From: Gammaproteobacteria bacterium
GTDB lineage: Bacteria; Pseudomonadota; Gammaproteobacteria; SZUA-229
Direction: 5' to 3'
Length of the DNA stretch: 64,000 nt
NCBI GenBank assembly: GCA_029882215.1
Contig: JAOULC010000002.1
Coordinates: 17,681 to 81,680 of the forward strand
The notes below the pieces were generated by a model. It saw nothing but the letters and a program-made list of their open reading frames with translations, ran no database searches and was not told where the DNA came from. The position numbers were made by a program, and so were the translations under genes. This document shows positions 37,927 to 47,245 of this stretch, in pieces (positions within the stretch are counted from its first letter, which is position 1; every line of letters begins with the position of its first letter).

Positions 37927-39216
37927 TTGAAATACAAGGTTAGTAATGTGGCTAATAAAGAACTCACGCTGGAAAAGTTCAAAGTACTCTTAAACCACTT
38001 TAATGATGGTGTATTCCTCATTGAAGATGGCGTGTTCGTCTATGTTAATTCAGTTCTCTCTAGGCTCTTAAATTACCCTGTCGATGAAATCATTGGTCAC
38101 AAATTCTCACCTTTTGTACATGAAGCAGACAGAGATAAAGTCCTTAGTTATTATACTGCACGTATTCGGGGAGAAGATGCTCCGCAGGAATATGAATTTC
38201 GAGTATTAAGCCGCCAGGGTGAAGCAATCGATGTACTGATTAATGTCGGTATTTATCATGATAAGAATGGCTCGCAAACGTCAATCGGTACGCTTAAGGA
38301 TTTACGAGAATCTAAAAAAACCATGAATGATCTGGCCCGCTCACGTGAAGACATTAAATCAATTCTTAAGAATATGCCGGATGTATTTTACCGGACGGAT
38401 AGCAAGGGTGTTGTGACCCTGATGTCTCCCTCGGTCAGTAATATACTGGGATATGAGCCGGAAGAGATGATGGGCAGACCACTGTCTGATTTTTATTGCA
38501 CATCCTCAGAGCGGGAAAAAGTACTGGCCGCTTTAAAAAAAGGTGGAGGAAAAGCCTCTCAAGTGGAGGCTTGCCTAAAGCATAAAGATGGATCAAAGCG
38601 CTGGATATTGACGAATGCGTATATGCGGATGGATGATGATAATAATCCGGCAGGTGTTGAAGGTATATCCAGGGATATCAGTGAAAGAAAGGAGATGGAA
38701 GACCGGTTATTAAAACTGTCTCGCTATGATGATTTAACCCAGGTCTATAACCGTCGCGTTTTTTACTCAGAAGCCGAAAAGCAACTTGAAATAGCACGAC
38801 GTTATCTGCGTCAGGTCGCTGTTCTAATGATGGACCTCGATTATTTTAAAAGAGTGAATGATCAGTACGGTCACCATGCCGGTGATCAGGTGTTAAAGCA
38901 GTTTGTAGGAATCTGTAAAGACAGCATGCGACACACTGATTTTATTGGTCGTACCGGAGGAGAAGAGTTTGCCGTTTTCTCTCCCGAAACCGATCAGGAT
39001 GAGGCGATTAAACTGGCAGAAAGAATTTGCAGGCGTACCCGGGAAAGTAAGCTGAACGTTGATGGTGAAGTCATAAAATACACAGTATCTATTGGTGTGG
39101 CTATTGTCGGAAAAACAACAGACAAAATAGACAATCTGTTATCGAGCGCCGATAAAGCATTGTATAAAGCAAAAGCGTCCGGCAGAGACTGTGTCAGGTC
39201 TTTTGATAGTCCGTAA
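37927..39216 (+). CDS. Cytoplasmic PAS-PAS-GGDEF diguanylate cyclase
   Basis: Two PAS domains are followed by a GGDEF domain with an intact GGEEF active site (RTGGEEFAVF) and an RxxD I-site-like motif. Confidence 0.85.
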   Translation: MKYKVSNVANKELTLEKFKVLLNHFNDGVFLIEDGVFVYVNSVLSRLLNYPVDEIIGHKFSPFVHEADRDKVLSYYTARIRGEDAPQEYEFRVLSRQGEAIDVLINVGIYHDKNGSQTSIGTLKDLRESKKTMNDLARSREDIKSILKNMPDVFYRTDSKGVVTLMSPSVSNILGYEPEEMMGRPLSDFYCTSSEREKVLAALKKGGGKASQVEACLKHKDGSKRWILTNAYMRMDDDNNPAGVEGISRDISERKEMEDRLLKLSRYDDLTQVYNRRVFYSEAEKQLEIARRYLRQVAVLMMDLDYFKRVNDQYGHHAGDQVLKQFVGICKDSMRHTDFIGRTGGEEFAVFSPETDQDEAIKLAERICRRTRESKLNVDGEVIKYTVSIGVAIVGKTTDKIDNLLSSADKALYKAKASGRDCVRSFDSP

Positions 39217-39747
39217 GAATAAAACTAATACCTGAGTATTAGCTATTATCGCAGTCAGTTTTTAATTTTCGGTTGGCCGCTTTTTTCAGATAAACCAGTT
39301 GAAAGCCGCTGTGTTTTTATGCTTTAAACAACCCATAAGGCTGCCGCTGTTGCACTTACTAATCCTTTAGTTACAAGATACTCTCCGTTCCGCAGGTTGA
39401 TTAATTATCCGATGTAGACAGCAGTGCAGAGTCTAAAATATACGTGACTGTTGCCCTGCTGCTGATGATAAATAAGACGGCTCTTTTTATATGAGTTCGA
39501 ACGTGGACAGTATAATTGCTACACCCTTACTCAGAACCATGGGACCAACTGGAAGGCTATTGAGAATGGCGTAATAATAAAAAAATTAGTCGGTGATAAT
39601 ACTATTTATTTTTAAGCTGGCTGTTTTTTGAACAAAAAATCAGGCGTTAATCAAAACCGAGGAATGAGCCGTTATCAGTGATGAAGTGCAGTCTGTTGGC
39701 TGAATATCAGCTGTATAATCGCAGCTTATTTTTTACGAGGTAAGATA

Positions 39748-40209
39748 ATGAAACGACTTCTAATAGCCTGTCTGCTTAGTCTGTTAGCCGCTCAGGCTAA
39801 TGCCAAAGAAAGCCCTTTTTATATGGCTATAAAAGCCGGTATGCTGGATGCCGGAAACAGTGCAACCGATAATGCGGTTAATGCTGCGTTTGATATCGGT
39901 TATCGCCATAACCGCTACTTGTCTACCGAGATGGAATACAGCACAACGTTTATTAATGGAAATAATAGCAGTGGTAATGACTGGAGTACTGATGTGCTGT
40001 CAGTATTTGCGGCATTGCGTTCTAATACGAAAGTAAAACTTAAAGGTAAAATCGGTGTTTCTAATATAGAGGGCGGTAATTCAGGTTTAGAGTTGTCGAC
40101 GGGTATTGGTATCGGTTTCTGGGCAGCTGGTGGCTTGATGGAAGTAGAATACACAAAACTAGATGATGGGCTTAGTTTCTTTAGTGTTGGTGTTAATTAT
40201 TTTTATTAG
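39748..40209 (+). CDS. Small outer-membrane beta-barrel protein (OmpA-like 8-strand / OmpW-like)
   Basis: A signal peptide (LLAAQANA) is followed by alternating amphipathic strands and a C-terminal aromatic (VGVNYFY). Confidence 0.65.
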   Translation: MKRLLIACLLSLLAAQANAKESPFYMAIKAGMLDAGNSATDNAVNAAFDIGYRHNRYLSTEMEYSTTFINGNNSSGNDWSTDVLSVFAALRSNTKVKLKGKIGVSNIEGGNSGLELSTGIGIGFWAAGGLMEVEYTKLDDGLSFFSVGVNYFY

Positions 40210-40320
40210 GTTGAAGGTTCAATCTAATAATGTCACATAGATGTCATTTGCTACTTTGATGGTTTATTATCAGAGTGGCAGGCTGTAAGCTGTAAGTCAA
40301 AGTCAAAGTTTAAGATTAAA

Positions 40321-40355
40321 GTCAAAGGCGTCGGTCAAGCACCGACGCCTTTGAC
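40321..40355. terminator. Perfect 15-bp palindrome (5-nt loop) at the centre of a larger imperfect inverted repeat; bidirectional terminator between the convergent OMP gene and mgtE
   Basis: GTCAAAGGCGTCGGT-CAAGC-ACCGACGCCTTTGAC is flanked by mirrored AAGATTAAAGTCAAAG / CTTTGACTTTAATCTT arms and short tandem repeats (CTGTAAG x2, GTCAAA x2). Confidence 0.5.
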
Positions 40356-40400
40356 TTAGATTTTGAATTTGACTTTAATCTTAGATTTAGATTTTTAAAC

Positions 40401-41747
40401 CTACAACAAAAACAAAGAAGCCAATCCAAGAAAAGATAACAAGCCAACAATATCGGTAACGGTTGTTAAAACAACTGAACCTGCAATCGCCGGATCAATA
40501 TTCATTCGGCGTAAGATAAGTGGAATCGCTACACCAGAAAATGCGGCGAAGAATAAATTAATTGTAATGGCAGCGGCGATGATGTAACCAATCTGAATGT
40601 TTTTGAACCAGAGAACGGCAATCAGCGCGACAATAAATGCCCACAGCAGTCCATTGATCAAGCCAACAAAAATTTCCTTGGTGATCAGATAGCGAATGTT
40701 TTGTTGTGATACTTGCCCCAGCGCCATACCACGAATCATAAGAGTTAATGTTTGCGTACCGGCAATGCCGCCCATACTGGCTACGACATTCATCAGTACG
40801 GCAACCGTGACGACCTGTGCAATGGTTGCTTCAAACAAATCGACAACCCATGAGGCCATAAATGCCGTGAGTAGGTTGATGCCAAGCCAGATGGCGCGTC
40901 TTTTTGCGCTGGGCAGTGCTTTTGCAAACAGGTCAGTTTCTTCTGTTAAACCGGCCAGACCCATCATTGAGTGTTCTGCTTCATCACGGATAACGTCGAC
41001 CACGTCATCAATGGTTATCCGGCCGATGAGTTTATTGTTTTCATCGACAACGGGTGCACTGATCAGATCCTGTGTTTCAAATATTTTTGCAACGTTAATA
41101 GCGGAGGTGGTGGCCGGAATGGCTTTGGCTTGTGTATCCATTACTTCATAGACGCTGACTTCCGGTAAGCTGGTTAACAGTGTTGTCAGTGGTACGATGC
41201 CCAGATAATTGTCAAAGCCGTCGACCACAATCAGGTTATCTGTCTGTGCCGGCAGTGATCCGCGTCGCCTTAGATAGCGCAAAACAACATCGAGAGTGAC
41301 TTGTGAGCGGATGGTGATGGTGTCGGTGTTCATTAAGCCGCCGGCACTGTCTTCCGGGAAGGCTAATACTTTTTCCAGTCGTTTGCGCTGCTGGGCATCG
41401 AGTGAATTTAAAACCTGATCGGTTAGCTGACTTGGTAATGACTGTAAAAAATCCGCAAGGTCATCGGTGTCGAGGTTATCGGTAACAGCGGCCAGATCTT
41501 CCGGTTTCATATCGCTGATGAGGCGGTGTTGTACTTCCTCACCTACTTCTACGAGCACTTCACCTTCAAGCTCATGGTCGAGCATATCCCAGATAACTTT
41601 GCCTTCTTTAGGTGGCAGGGATTCGATCAGGTGAGCAATTTCACCTGCTTTAAGGCTGTTGAGAAGTGTCTGGGCGTAACGCAGCCCGCCGCTTTCTATA
41701 GATTGCAGTAAGTCGCTATAGGTTTGTTGTGTGGCGGTTTTGGACAT
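40401..41747 (-). CDS. mgtE: Magnesium transporter MgtE
   Basis: An MgtE N-domain, tandem CBS domains and a C-terminal 5-TM channel domain are present. Confidence 0.9.
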   Translation of the reverse strand: MSKTATQQTYSDLLQSIESGGLRYAQTLLNSLKAGEIAHLIESLPPKEGKVIWDMLDHELEGEVLVEVGEEVQHRLISDMKPEDLAAVTDNLDTDDLADFLQSLPSQLTDQVLNSLDAQQRKRLEKVLAFPEDSAGGLMNTDTITIRSQVTLDVVLRYLRRRGSLPAQTDNLIVVDGFDNYLGIVPLTTLLTSLPEVSVYEVMDTQAKAIPATTSAINVAKIFETQDLISAPVVDENNKLIGRITIDDVVDVIRDEAEHSMMGLAGLTEETDLFAKALPSAKRRAIWLGINLLTAFMASWVVDLFEATIAQVVTVAVLMNVVASMGGIAGTQTLTLMIRGMALGQVSQQNIRYLITKEIFVGLINGLLWAFIVALIAVLWFKNIQIGYIIAAAITINLFFAAFSGVAIPLILRRMNIDPAIAGSVVLTTVTDIVGLLSFLGLASLFLL

Positions 41748-41871
41748 AATTCCAATGTTATTAATAGCTTAGAGAAAAAACTTACAGTAAATAGTTTAGC
41801 TGATTTTGACTCGTTAAGGGGCGCTGTGAGGAAATATATTTTTTGAACGGTGTTGAGTGCTTAAAACTTGA

Positions 41872-43650
41872 TCAGCCGTGCAGCTTTAAAGGTGCGGTGT
41901 GCTTGTTACGGTTAATGCTGTCCACAGCTCTGCTAATATCGACATGATGGTGCAGTTTTAGTATCTGCCTGACTTCTTCTTCCAGGCTTAAAATATTGGC
42001 ACCCATTATAATCGACTTAATTTCGAGCAAGGCGGTGGCGGGTACACTGAAATATTTCAGCCCCAGACCCAGTAGCAGGCGAGTGTAGGTCGCATCGCTG
42101 GCCATTTCTCCGCATAACGATACCGGTATGCCGGCATTACGCCCTGCCTGCAGCGTCATATCGATCAGCCGTAAAACCGAAGGGTGTAACGGGTCATAGA
42201 GATAGCTGACTTCGTCGTCGATGCGATCCAGTGCTAGTGTGTATTGGATTAAGTCATTGGTGCCGATGGAGAGGAAGTCGAGTCGTTCGGCAAAGGTTTC
42301 TGCTGAGAGTGCGGCGGCCGGTACTTCTATCATCGCACCGAGCGGTATATTGTCATCATAAGCCTGCTTTTTTATATCCAGTTCTGCTTTGGCTTGCTTG
42401 ATCATAAGCACTACCTGATCAATTTCAGAGTGATTGGTGATCATTGGGATCATTATTCTGATTGGGCCAAAGGCCGATGCCCGCAGTATGGCTTTTAGTT
42501 GTAGCAAAAATGATTCAGGGTGTTTCAGGCAGCGCCGAATAGCGCGTAAGCCCATCGCCGGGTTGTGTACCAGCGGGCCGTGTTGCTGAGTGTCTTTCAT
42601 TTCCTTGTCGCCACCAAGATCCAGTGTTCTGATGGTGAGTGGATTGCCCTTGAGGGCTTTTACCGCCTTACGGTATTCCAGATATTGCTCTTCTTCATTC
42701 GGCGCTGTTTGCGCATTAATGAACATCATTTCTGTGCGATATAAACCAACACCGGTCTGCTCAACTTTTCTCAGCGCTTTGACATCCTCTGGCCGGTCAA
42801 TATTGCCATGCAGTGTGATGTGCTGGTTATCCCTGGTGATAGCCGGCTGATTAGCCAGCCGTTTGAGGTCAATTTTTCGCTGCTCGTGCTGGCGCTTTAA
42901 GGTCTTAAAGTGTTTGAGTGATTTATGATCTGGCGCAATGATGAGCATGCCACGCTGACCATCTAAAATGACCTTGTCGTTAGCGTTGATCAGCTGGCGT
43001 GCTTTGTGAACACCCACCAGTGCCGGAATACCAAGGCTTCTGGCCAGTATGGCGGTATGCGACAGAGGGCCACCGTATTCGGTGATAAAGCCAGCTATTT
43101 TCTGATGTTTTAGTAAGATGGTATCGGCCGGTGTTAAGTCATCCGCAACGATAACCTTGCCCCTTAACCCGCTGCCATGGTGCTGGTGTTGCGGGTTTTC
43201 ATCACCGAGGCATAGCTGGATGCTTCTGACCACGTGATAAATATCATCCTGACGTGTTTTTAGGTAGTCATCTTGCATATTATCGAATACAGAGATCAGG
43301 CGTTCGCACTGAATCTGCAGTGCCCATTCGGCATTTCTGAGCTTTTTAATGTGGTTCAGTACCCCGGTATTGAGAACAGGGTCGTCGATCATTAGCAGGT
43401 GAGTGTCAATAAACGCCAGAATTTCATCCGGGGTGTCGCTGTCAATGCGCTTTTTGATGGAACTGAGTTCGGTCAGTGCGGCATATTTTGCGCGGGTGTA
43501 GCGTTGAATTTCATTATCAACATCTTCTTCGGTGATCAGGTATTCCTGAACTTCCGGCTGCTCACGGTACAATACATAGGCATCGCCGATGCCTATGCCG
43601 CGTGAAACGCCGATACCGTTAAGCATGATGCTCATAGAAGTCCCGTACAT
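41872..43650 (-). CDS. ptsI: Phosphoenolpyruvate-protein phosphotransferase (Enzyme I)
   Basis: It has an EI N-domain, a phosphohistidine domain (GGPLSHTAILARSLGIPALVG) and a PEP-utilising TIM barrel. At 592 aa with no GAF domain, it is PtsI rather than PtsP. Confidence 0.85.
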   Translation of the reverse strand: MYGTSMSIMLNGIGVSRGIGIGDAYVLYREQPEVQEYLITEEDVDNEIQRYTRAKYAALTELSSIKKRIDSDTPDEILAFIDTHLLMIDDPVLNTGVLNHIKKLRNAEWALQIQCERLISVFDNMQDDYLKTRQDDIYHVVRSIQLCLGDENPQHQHHGSGLRGKVIVADDLTPADTILLKHQKIAGFITEYGGPLSHTAILARSLGIPALVGVHKARQLINANDKVILDGQRGMLIIAPDHKSLKHFKTLKRQHEQRKIDLKRLANQPAITRDNQHITLHGNIDRPEDVKALRKVEQTGVGLYRTEMMFINAQTAPNEEEQYLEYRKAVKALKGNPLTIRTLDLGGDKEMKDTQQHGPLVHNPAMGLRAIRRCLKHPESFLLQLKAILRASAFGPIRIMIPMITNHSEIDQVVLMIKQAKAELDIKKQAYDDNIPLGAMIEVPAAALSAETFAERLDFLSIGTNDLIQYTLALDRIDDEVSYLYDPLHPSVLRLIDMTLQAGRNAGIPVSLCGEMASDATYTRLLLGLGLKYFSVPATALLEIKSIIMGANILSLEEEVRQILKLHHHVDISRAVDSINRNKHTAPLKLHG

Positions 43651-43759
43651 AAATTAAAGTGACGAATCTATCATTATGCCTGACATGATTCATGGGTGAA
43701 AGTAGCTTCAAAATATCTGAATATTAGGGGGTAATTATTAAGAAGTTAAGGGTTATTGC

Positions 43760-44029
43760 TTACTCTTCTTCATCAAAATAGTTATTGATGAGTTGCACCA
43801 TTTCATCCAGGCTTTCGTTGGCATCATCACCTTCGGCCAGTAAAAGAATCTGGCTGCCCTGACTGGCTGCCAGCATCATAACGCCCATAATGCTTTTACC
43901 ATTCACACGCTGTCCTTCTTTTTCTATTTCGATATGGCTTTTGTATTTAGTGGCAACATTAACCAGTTTGGCCGCGGCGCGTGCATGTAAACCGAGTTTG
44001 TTAATGATGGTTACTTCTCTTTGTTGCAT
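43760..44029 (-). CDS. ptsH: Phosphocarrier protein HPr/NPr
   Basis: In 89 aa it has the His15 region (LGLHARAAAKLV) and the Ser46 region (GKSIMGVM). Confidence 0.8.
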   Translation of the reverse strand: MQQREVTIINKLGLHARAAAKLVNVATKYKSHIEIEKEGQRVNGKSIMGVMMLAASQGSQILLLAEGDDANESLDEMVQLINNYFDEEE

Positions 44030-44087
44030 TTTTTGAAATCCTTAGAATGCGTTATTTATTGATAATAAAGCGGTTAATGGTCTCACT

Positions 44088-44474
44088 TTACTGGTCTATG
44101 CGTATACCTTCTGTTGCGCCTGTGGCAGCCCGTTGCGCCAGTGTTTCAAGGTCGTCCTTAAAGTAATTCATGGCCCTGATAAGCATTGACAGATTAAGAC
44201 CCGAGACTATTTTAATGTGCTGTTTGTCCTTAAATCGATAGACGAGATTACAGGGGCTGCTGCCGTATAAATCAGCCAGCACCAGAACCCCGTCGCCCTG
44301 ATCAAGGTATTGTATGGTTTTTTCCACTTCTACCGATAATTGATCAAGGTCGGTATCCATTGCCACTTCCAGTACACTGGTCTTAAGCGGGTTTGAACCC
44401 AGTATTCGGAACGCATTATCGAGCAATGCCGGTGCAATACCAGGGTGGCTGACGAGTAATAAACCGACGGTCAT
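44088..44474 (-). CDS. PTS EIIA component, mannose/fructose family
   Basis: The EIIA-Man fold N-terminus is present (VGLLLVSHPGIAPALL) in 128 aa, between rapZ and HPr. Confidence 0.7.
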   Translation of the reverse strand: MTVGLLLVSHPGIAPALLDNAFRILGSNPLKTSVLEVAMDTDLDQLSVEVEKTIQYLDQGDGVLVLADLYGSSPCNLVYRFKDKQHIKIVSGLNLSMLIRAMNYFKDDLETLAQRAATGATEGIRIDQ

Positions 44475-44488
44475 TTTATCACACTCAC

Positions 44489-45367
44489 TTAATCCATCTC
44501 GCGATGACGCAAAGAGACATTTTCACGTTTTTCAGAAAAGTGCCGGCAAAGGGTTTCAGCCAGATAAACAGAACGATGCTGGCCTCCGGTACAGCCAATT
44601 GAAACTGTCAGGTAGTAGCGGTTTTGAGCTTCAAATTCCGGTATCCAACTATCGATAAAGTCGGCGATTTGCTGAAACATCCGTTCCACTACTTCGTAAG
44701 ACTGCAAAAACTGAATGACCTCAGGGTCCTGACCGGTTAATGCCCGTAAGCCTGACTCCCAATGCGGGTTAGGCAGGCAGCGCACATCAAATACAAAATC
44801 TGAATCGGTCGGACTGCCGTGTTTAAAACCAAAGGACTGAAACAATAGGGATAAACCGGAGCTAGTTTGTTGTGTGACTAAGCGTTCTTTAATGATCGAG
44901 CGAAACTGATGAATATTGGTATGGGTAGTGTCCAGCGTCAGGTCAGCATCATTGGCAATACCGGTTAATAATGAGTTTTCAATTTCTATGGCTTCAGATA
45001 ATGGAATGCCGCGTTTTGTCAGCGGGTGTCTTCGACGGGTATCACTAAAGCGTTTGAATAAGGTATTGAGTTCGGCTTTGAGATAAAGAATATCAATCTT
45101 TATCGGCAGTTGCTTTACTTCGGCGATGATGGCATCAAAGTTTTGCAGGTCTCTTGGGCCACTACGGGCATCAATACCAACCGCGATCGAGGGATAGATA
45201 TTGATACCCTGATCAAGCATGCGCCTGCTGAAATCAGGCAGTAAGCTGAGGGGTAAGTTATCAACACAGTAAAAACCTTCGTCTTCCAGTGTGCTGAGGG
45301 CGATGGATTTGCCGGAGCCGGACAGGCCGCTGACAATGATGAGTCGCAGATCAGGTTTATTGTTCAT
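44489..45367 (-). CDS. rapZ: RNase adapter protein RapZ (YhbJ)
   Basis: A Walker A motif (GLSGSGKS) and full-length RapZ similarity are present. Confidence 0.9.
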   Translation of the reverse strand: MNNKPDLRLIIVSGLSGSGKSIALSTLEDEGFYCVDNLPLSLLPDFSRRMLDQGINIYPSIAVGIDARSGPRDLQNFDAIIAEVKQLPIKIDILYLKAELNTLFKRFSDTRRRHPLTKRGIPLSEAIEIENSLLTGIANDADLTLDTTHTNIHQFRSIIKERLVTQQTSSGLSLLFQSFGFKHGSPTDSDFVFDVRCLPNPHWESGLRALTGQDPEVIQFLQSYEVVERMFQQIADFIDSWIPEFEAQNRYYLTVSIGCTGGQHRSVYLAETLCRHFSEKRENVSLRHREMD

Positions 45368-46310
45368 TATTCTCTATAAAAAGTCGTTGCCGGGTAATAA
45401 ATTCTTCGCTGGCATCCTGGCCATTTTTTATCAAAATCTGGTTTTGTACAGCAGCTTCAATCATAACGGCAAGGTTACGTCCGGTTGCCACAGGTAAAAT
45501 AAACTCGGGAATATCGACATCCAGAATTTTACGCTTGCTACGGGTGCCATAGAGCCGGTCAATTTGCTGTCTGTCTTTTATATCCATGCGTTTAAGGTGA
45601 ATAATCAGCCTTAAATATTTATTGGTTTTAAGCGCGTTATCACCATACATGTCGCGGATGTTCAGTACGCCCAAGCCCCTGACTTCTAAAAAGTCTCTCA
45701 GCATATGAGGGCAGCTGCCGACTAATAGTGCCGGTGCAACACGTGTGAACTCGGGTGCATCGTCAGCGATTAGCCGGTGTTTCCGGCTAATTAATTCCAG
45801 TGCTAATTCGCTCTTGCCGATACCACTTTCACCGGTGATCAGTATACCGGTGCCCATCACTTCCATAAAAACACCGTGCAGGGTGATTTTATCTGCCAGC
45901 ATATTAGACAGGTAGTAGCGAATCGATGCGATCAGGTCGTTACTGTTTAACGGGCTGGTGAAAAGAGGTACATGGCTTGCATTGGCACGGCTGATAAACT
46001 CATCGGCCGCTTCAATATCGTCGCAGATAATAACAGCACCGGTACGCCAGCTAAAAATACTATCGAGTACCTGAATGCGTTCAATATCACTCAGCCGGCG
46101 TAAATAATGGCACTCGAATTTGCTCAGTACCTGAATCCGGTTGCGGTGTATCAGGTTGAGGTGGCCGACCAGAGTAGAGCGGTTGCTCCAGGATAATGCG
46201 CGTCTGAAGCGGCGGTCGGCATTTTGTTTTCCGGCGAGCCAGTTGATATTAATCAGCTGGCTGAGGCGGTCAAAAATTTCCTGTTGAGTGTATAGCTCGG
46301 GCATACGCAA
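45357..46310 (-). CDS. hprK: HPr kinase/phosphorylase
   Basis: HprK P-loop and signature are present (GESGIGKSELALELISRKHRLIADD) in 317 aa. Confidence 0.9.
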   Translation of the reverse strand: MRMPELYTQQEIFDRLSQLININWLAGKQNADRRFRRALSWSNRSTLVGHLNLIHRNRIQVLSKFECHYLRRLSDIERIQVLDSIFSWRTGAVIICDDIEAADEFISRANASHVPLFTSPLNSNDLIASIRYYLSNMLADKITLHGVFMEVMGTGILITGESGIGKSELALELISRKHRLIADDAPEFTRVAPALLVGSCPHMLRDFLEVRGLGVLNIRDMYGDNALKTNKYLRLIIHLKRMDIKDRQQIDRLYGTRSKRKILDVDIPEFILPVATGRNLAVMIEAAVQNQILIKNGQDASEEFITRQRLFIENNEQ

Positions 46311-46422
46311 AGCATAACGAAAATGCCGGAAAGAAGGAAGATATAAGTCGTCAGTTATAGATTATATATCATGCGTTAAAAATCCAAAGACAGCTGACTC
46401 TGGATTATGATGAAGGGGAAAC

Positions 46423-46890
46423 TTAAGAAACCTGAGGTGACAGCAAACCGGCTGTGAGTTGCTGGAGAATTTCTTCACTGGAACTTGTCGCGCGGATTTT
46501 CTGCTGGTTGTCTTTGTCCTGAAAATACCTGGCAATGGCAGCCAGTGTTTGCAGGTGTTCATTGTTTTTTTCTTCCGGTACTAATAAGGCAAATAACAAA
46601 TCCACTGGCTGGCCATCTGCGCTATCAAATGAGATAGCCTCAGGCAGCTTAATAAAAGCGGCGATGATATTCTCACCGCGACCCAGTCGGCCGTGTGGTA
46701 AAGCAATTCCCTGACCTAAGCCGGTAGAGCCTAAGCGCTCTCTTTCGATCAGTTTGTCAAAAATAGCCATTGATGACTGATCACTGGCTGTTGCCAGTAA
46801 TTCACTTAGTCTTTCCAGTACACGTTTTTTACTGCGAATATCAGGGTTGCATTCGATACGATCGAGCGAAATGAGTCGGGTGAGATCCAT
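46423..46890 (-). CDS. ptsN: PTS IIA-like nitrogen regulatory protein EIIA-Ntr
   Basis: The EIIA-Fru/Ntr fold is present with the active-site His region (GQGIALPHGRL). Confidence 0.85.
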   Translation of the reverse strand: MDLTRLISLDRIECNPDIRSKKRVLERLSELLATASDQSSMAIFDKLIERERLGSTGLGQGIALPHGRLGRGENIIAAFIKLPEAISFDSADGQPVDLLFALLVPEEKNNEHLQTLAAIARYFQDKDNQQKIRATSSSEEILQQLTAGLLSPQVS

Positions 46891-46894
46891 TGAT

Positions 46895-47224
46895 TTAATC
46901 TTCTTCTATTGGCTGAGGTTCAGCGGGTTTATGGTGTAAATGATTCTTTAATTTCTCTTTATGCTTTTTAACCTGCCTGTCGAGCTTGTCAACCAGACTG
47001 TCAATGGCCGCGTACATATCATCGGAGGTGCAATCGGCAAAAACATTATTACCACTCATATGGACAGTGGCCTCGGCTTTGTGACCCTGTTTATCTACCG
47101 TGAGTATGACGTGGGTGTCTGAGACCTGATCAAAGTGTCGCTCCAGCTTGGCAAATTTTTCATTAACATATGCCTTCATTGAATCGGTCAGATCGATATG
47201 ATGTCCGGTCAGATTTATTTGCAT
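46895..47224 (-). CDS. hpf: Ribosome hibernation promoting factor (short form)
   Basis: A 109 aa sigma-54 modulation protein family member, located directly after rpoN. Confidence 0.85.
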   Translation of the reverse strand: MQINLTGHHIDLTDSMKAYVNEKFAKLERHFDQVSDTHVILTVDKQGHKAEATVHMSGNNVFADCTSDDMYAAIDSLVDKLDRQVKKHKEKLKNHLHHKPAEPQPIEED

Positions 47225-47245
47225 AGGTGACTCCTCGGTTTTGCC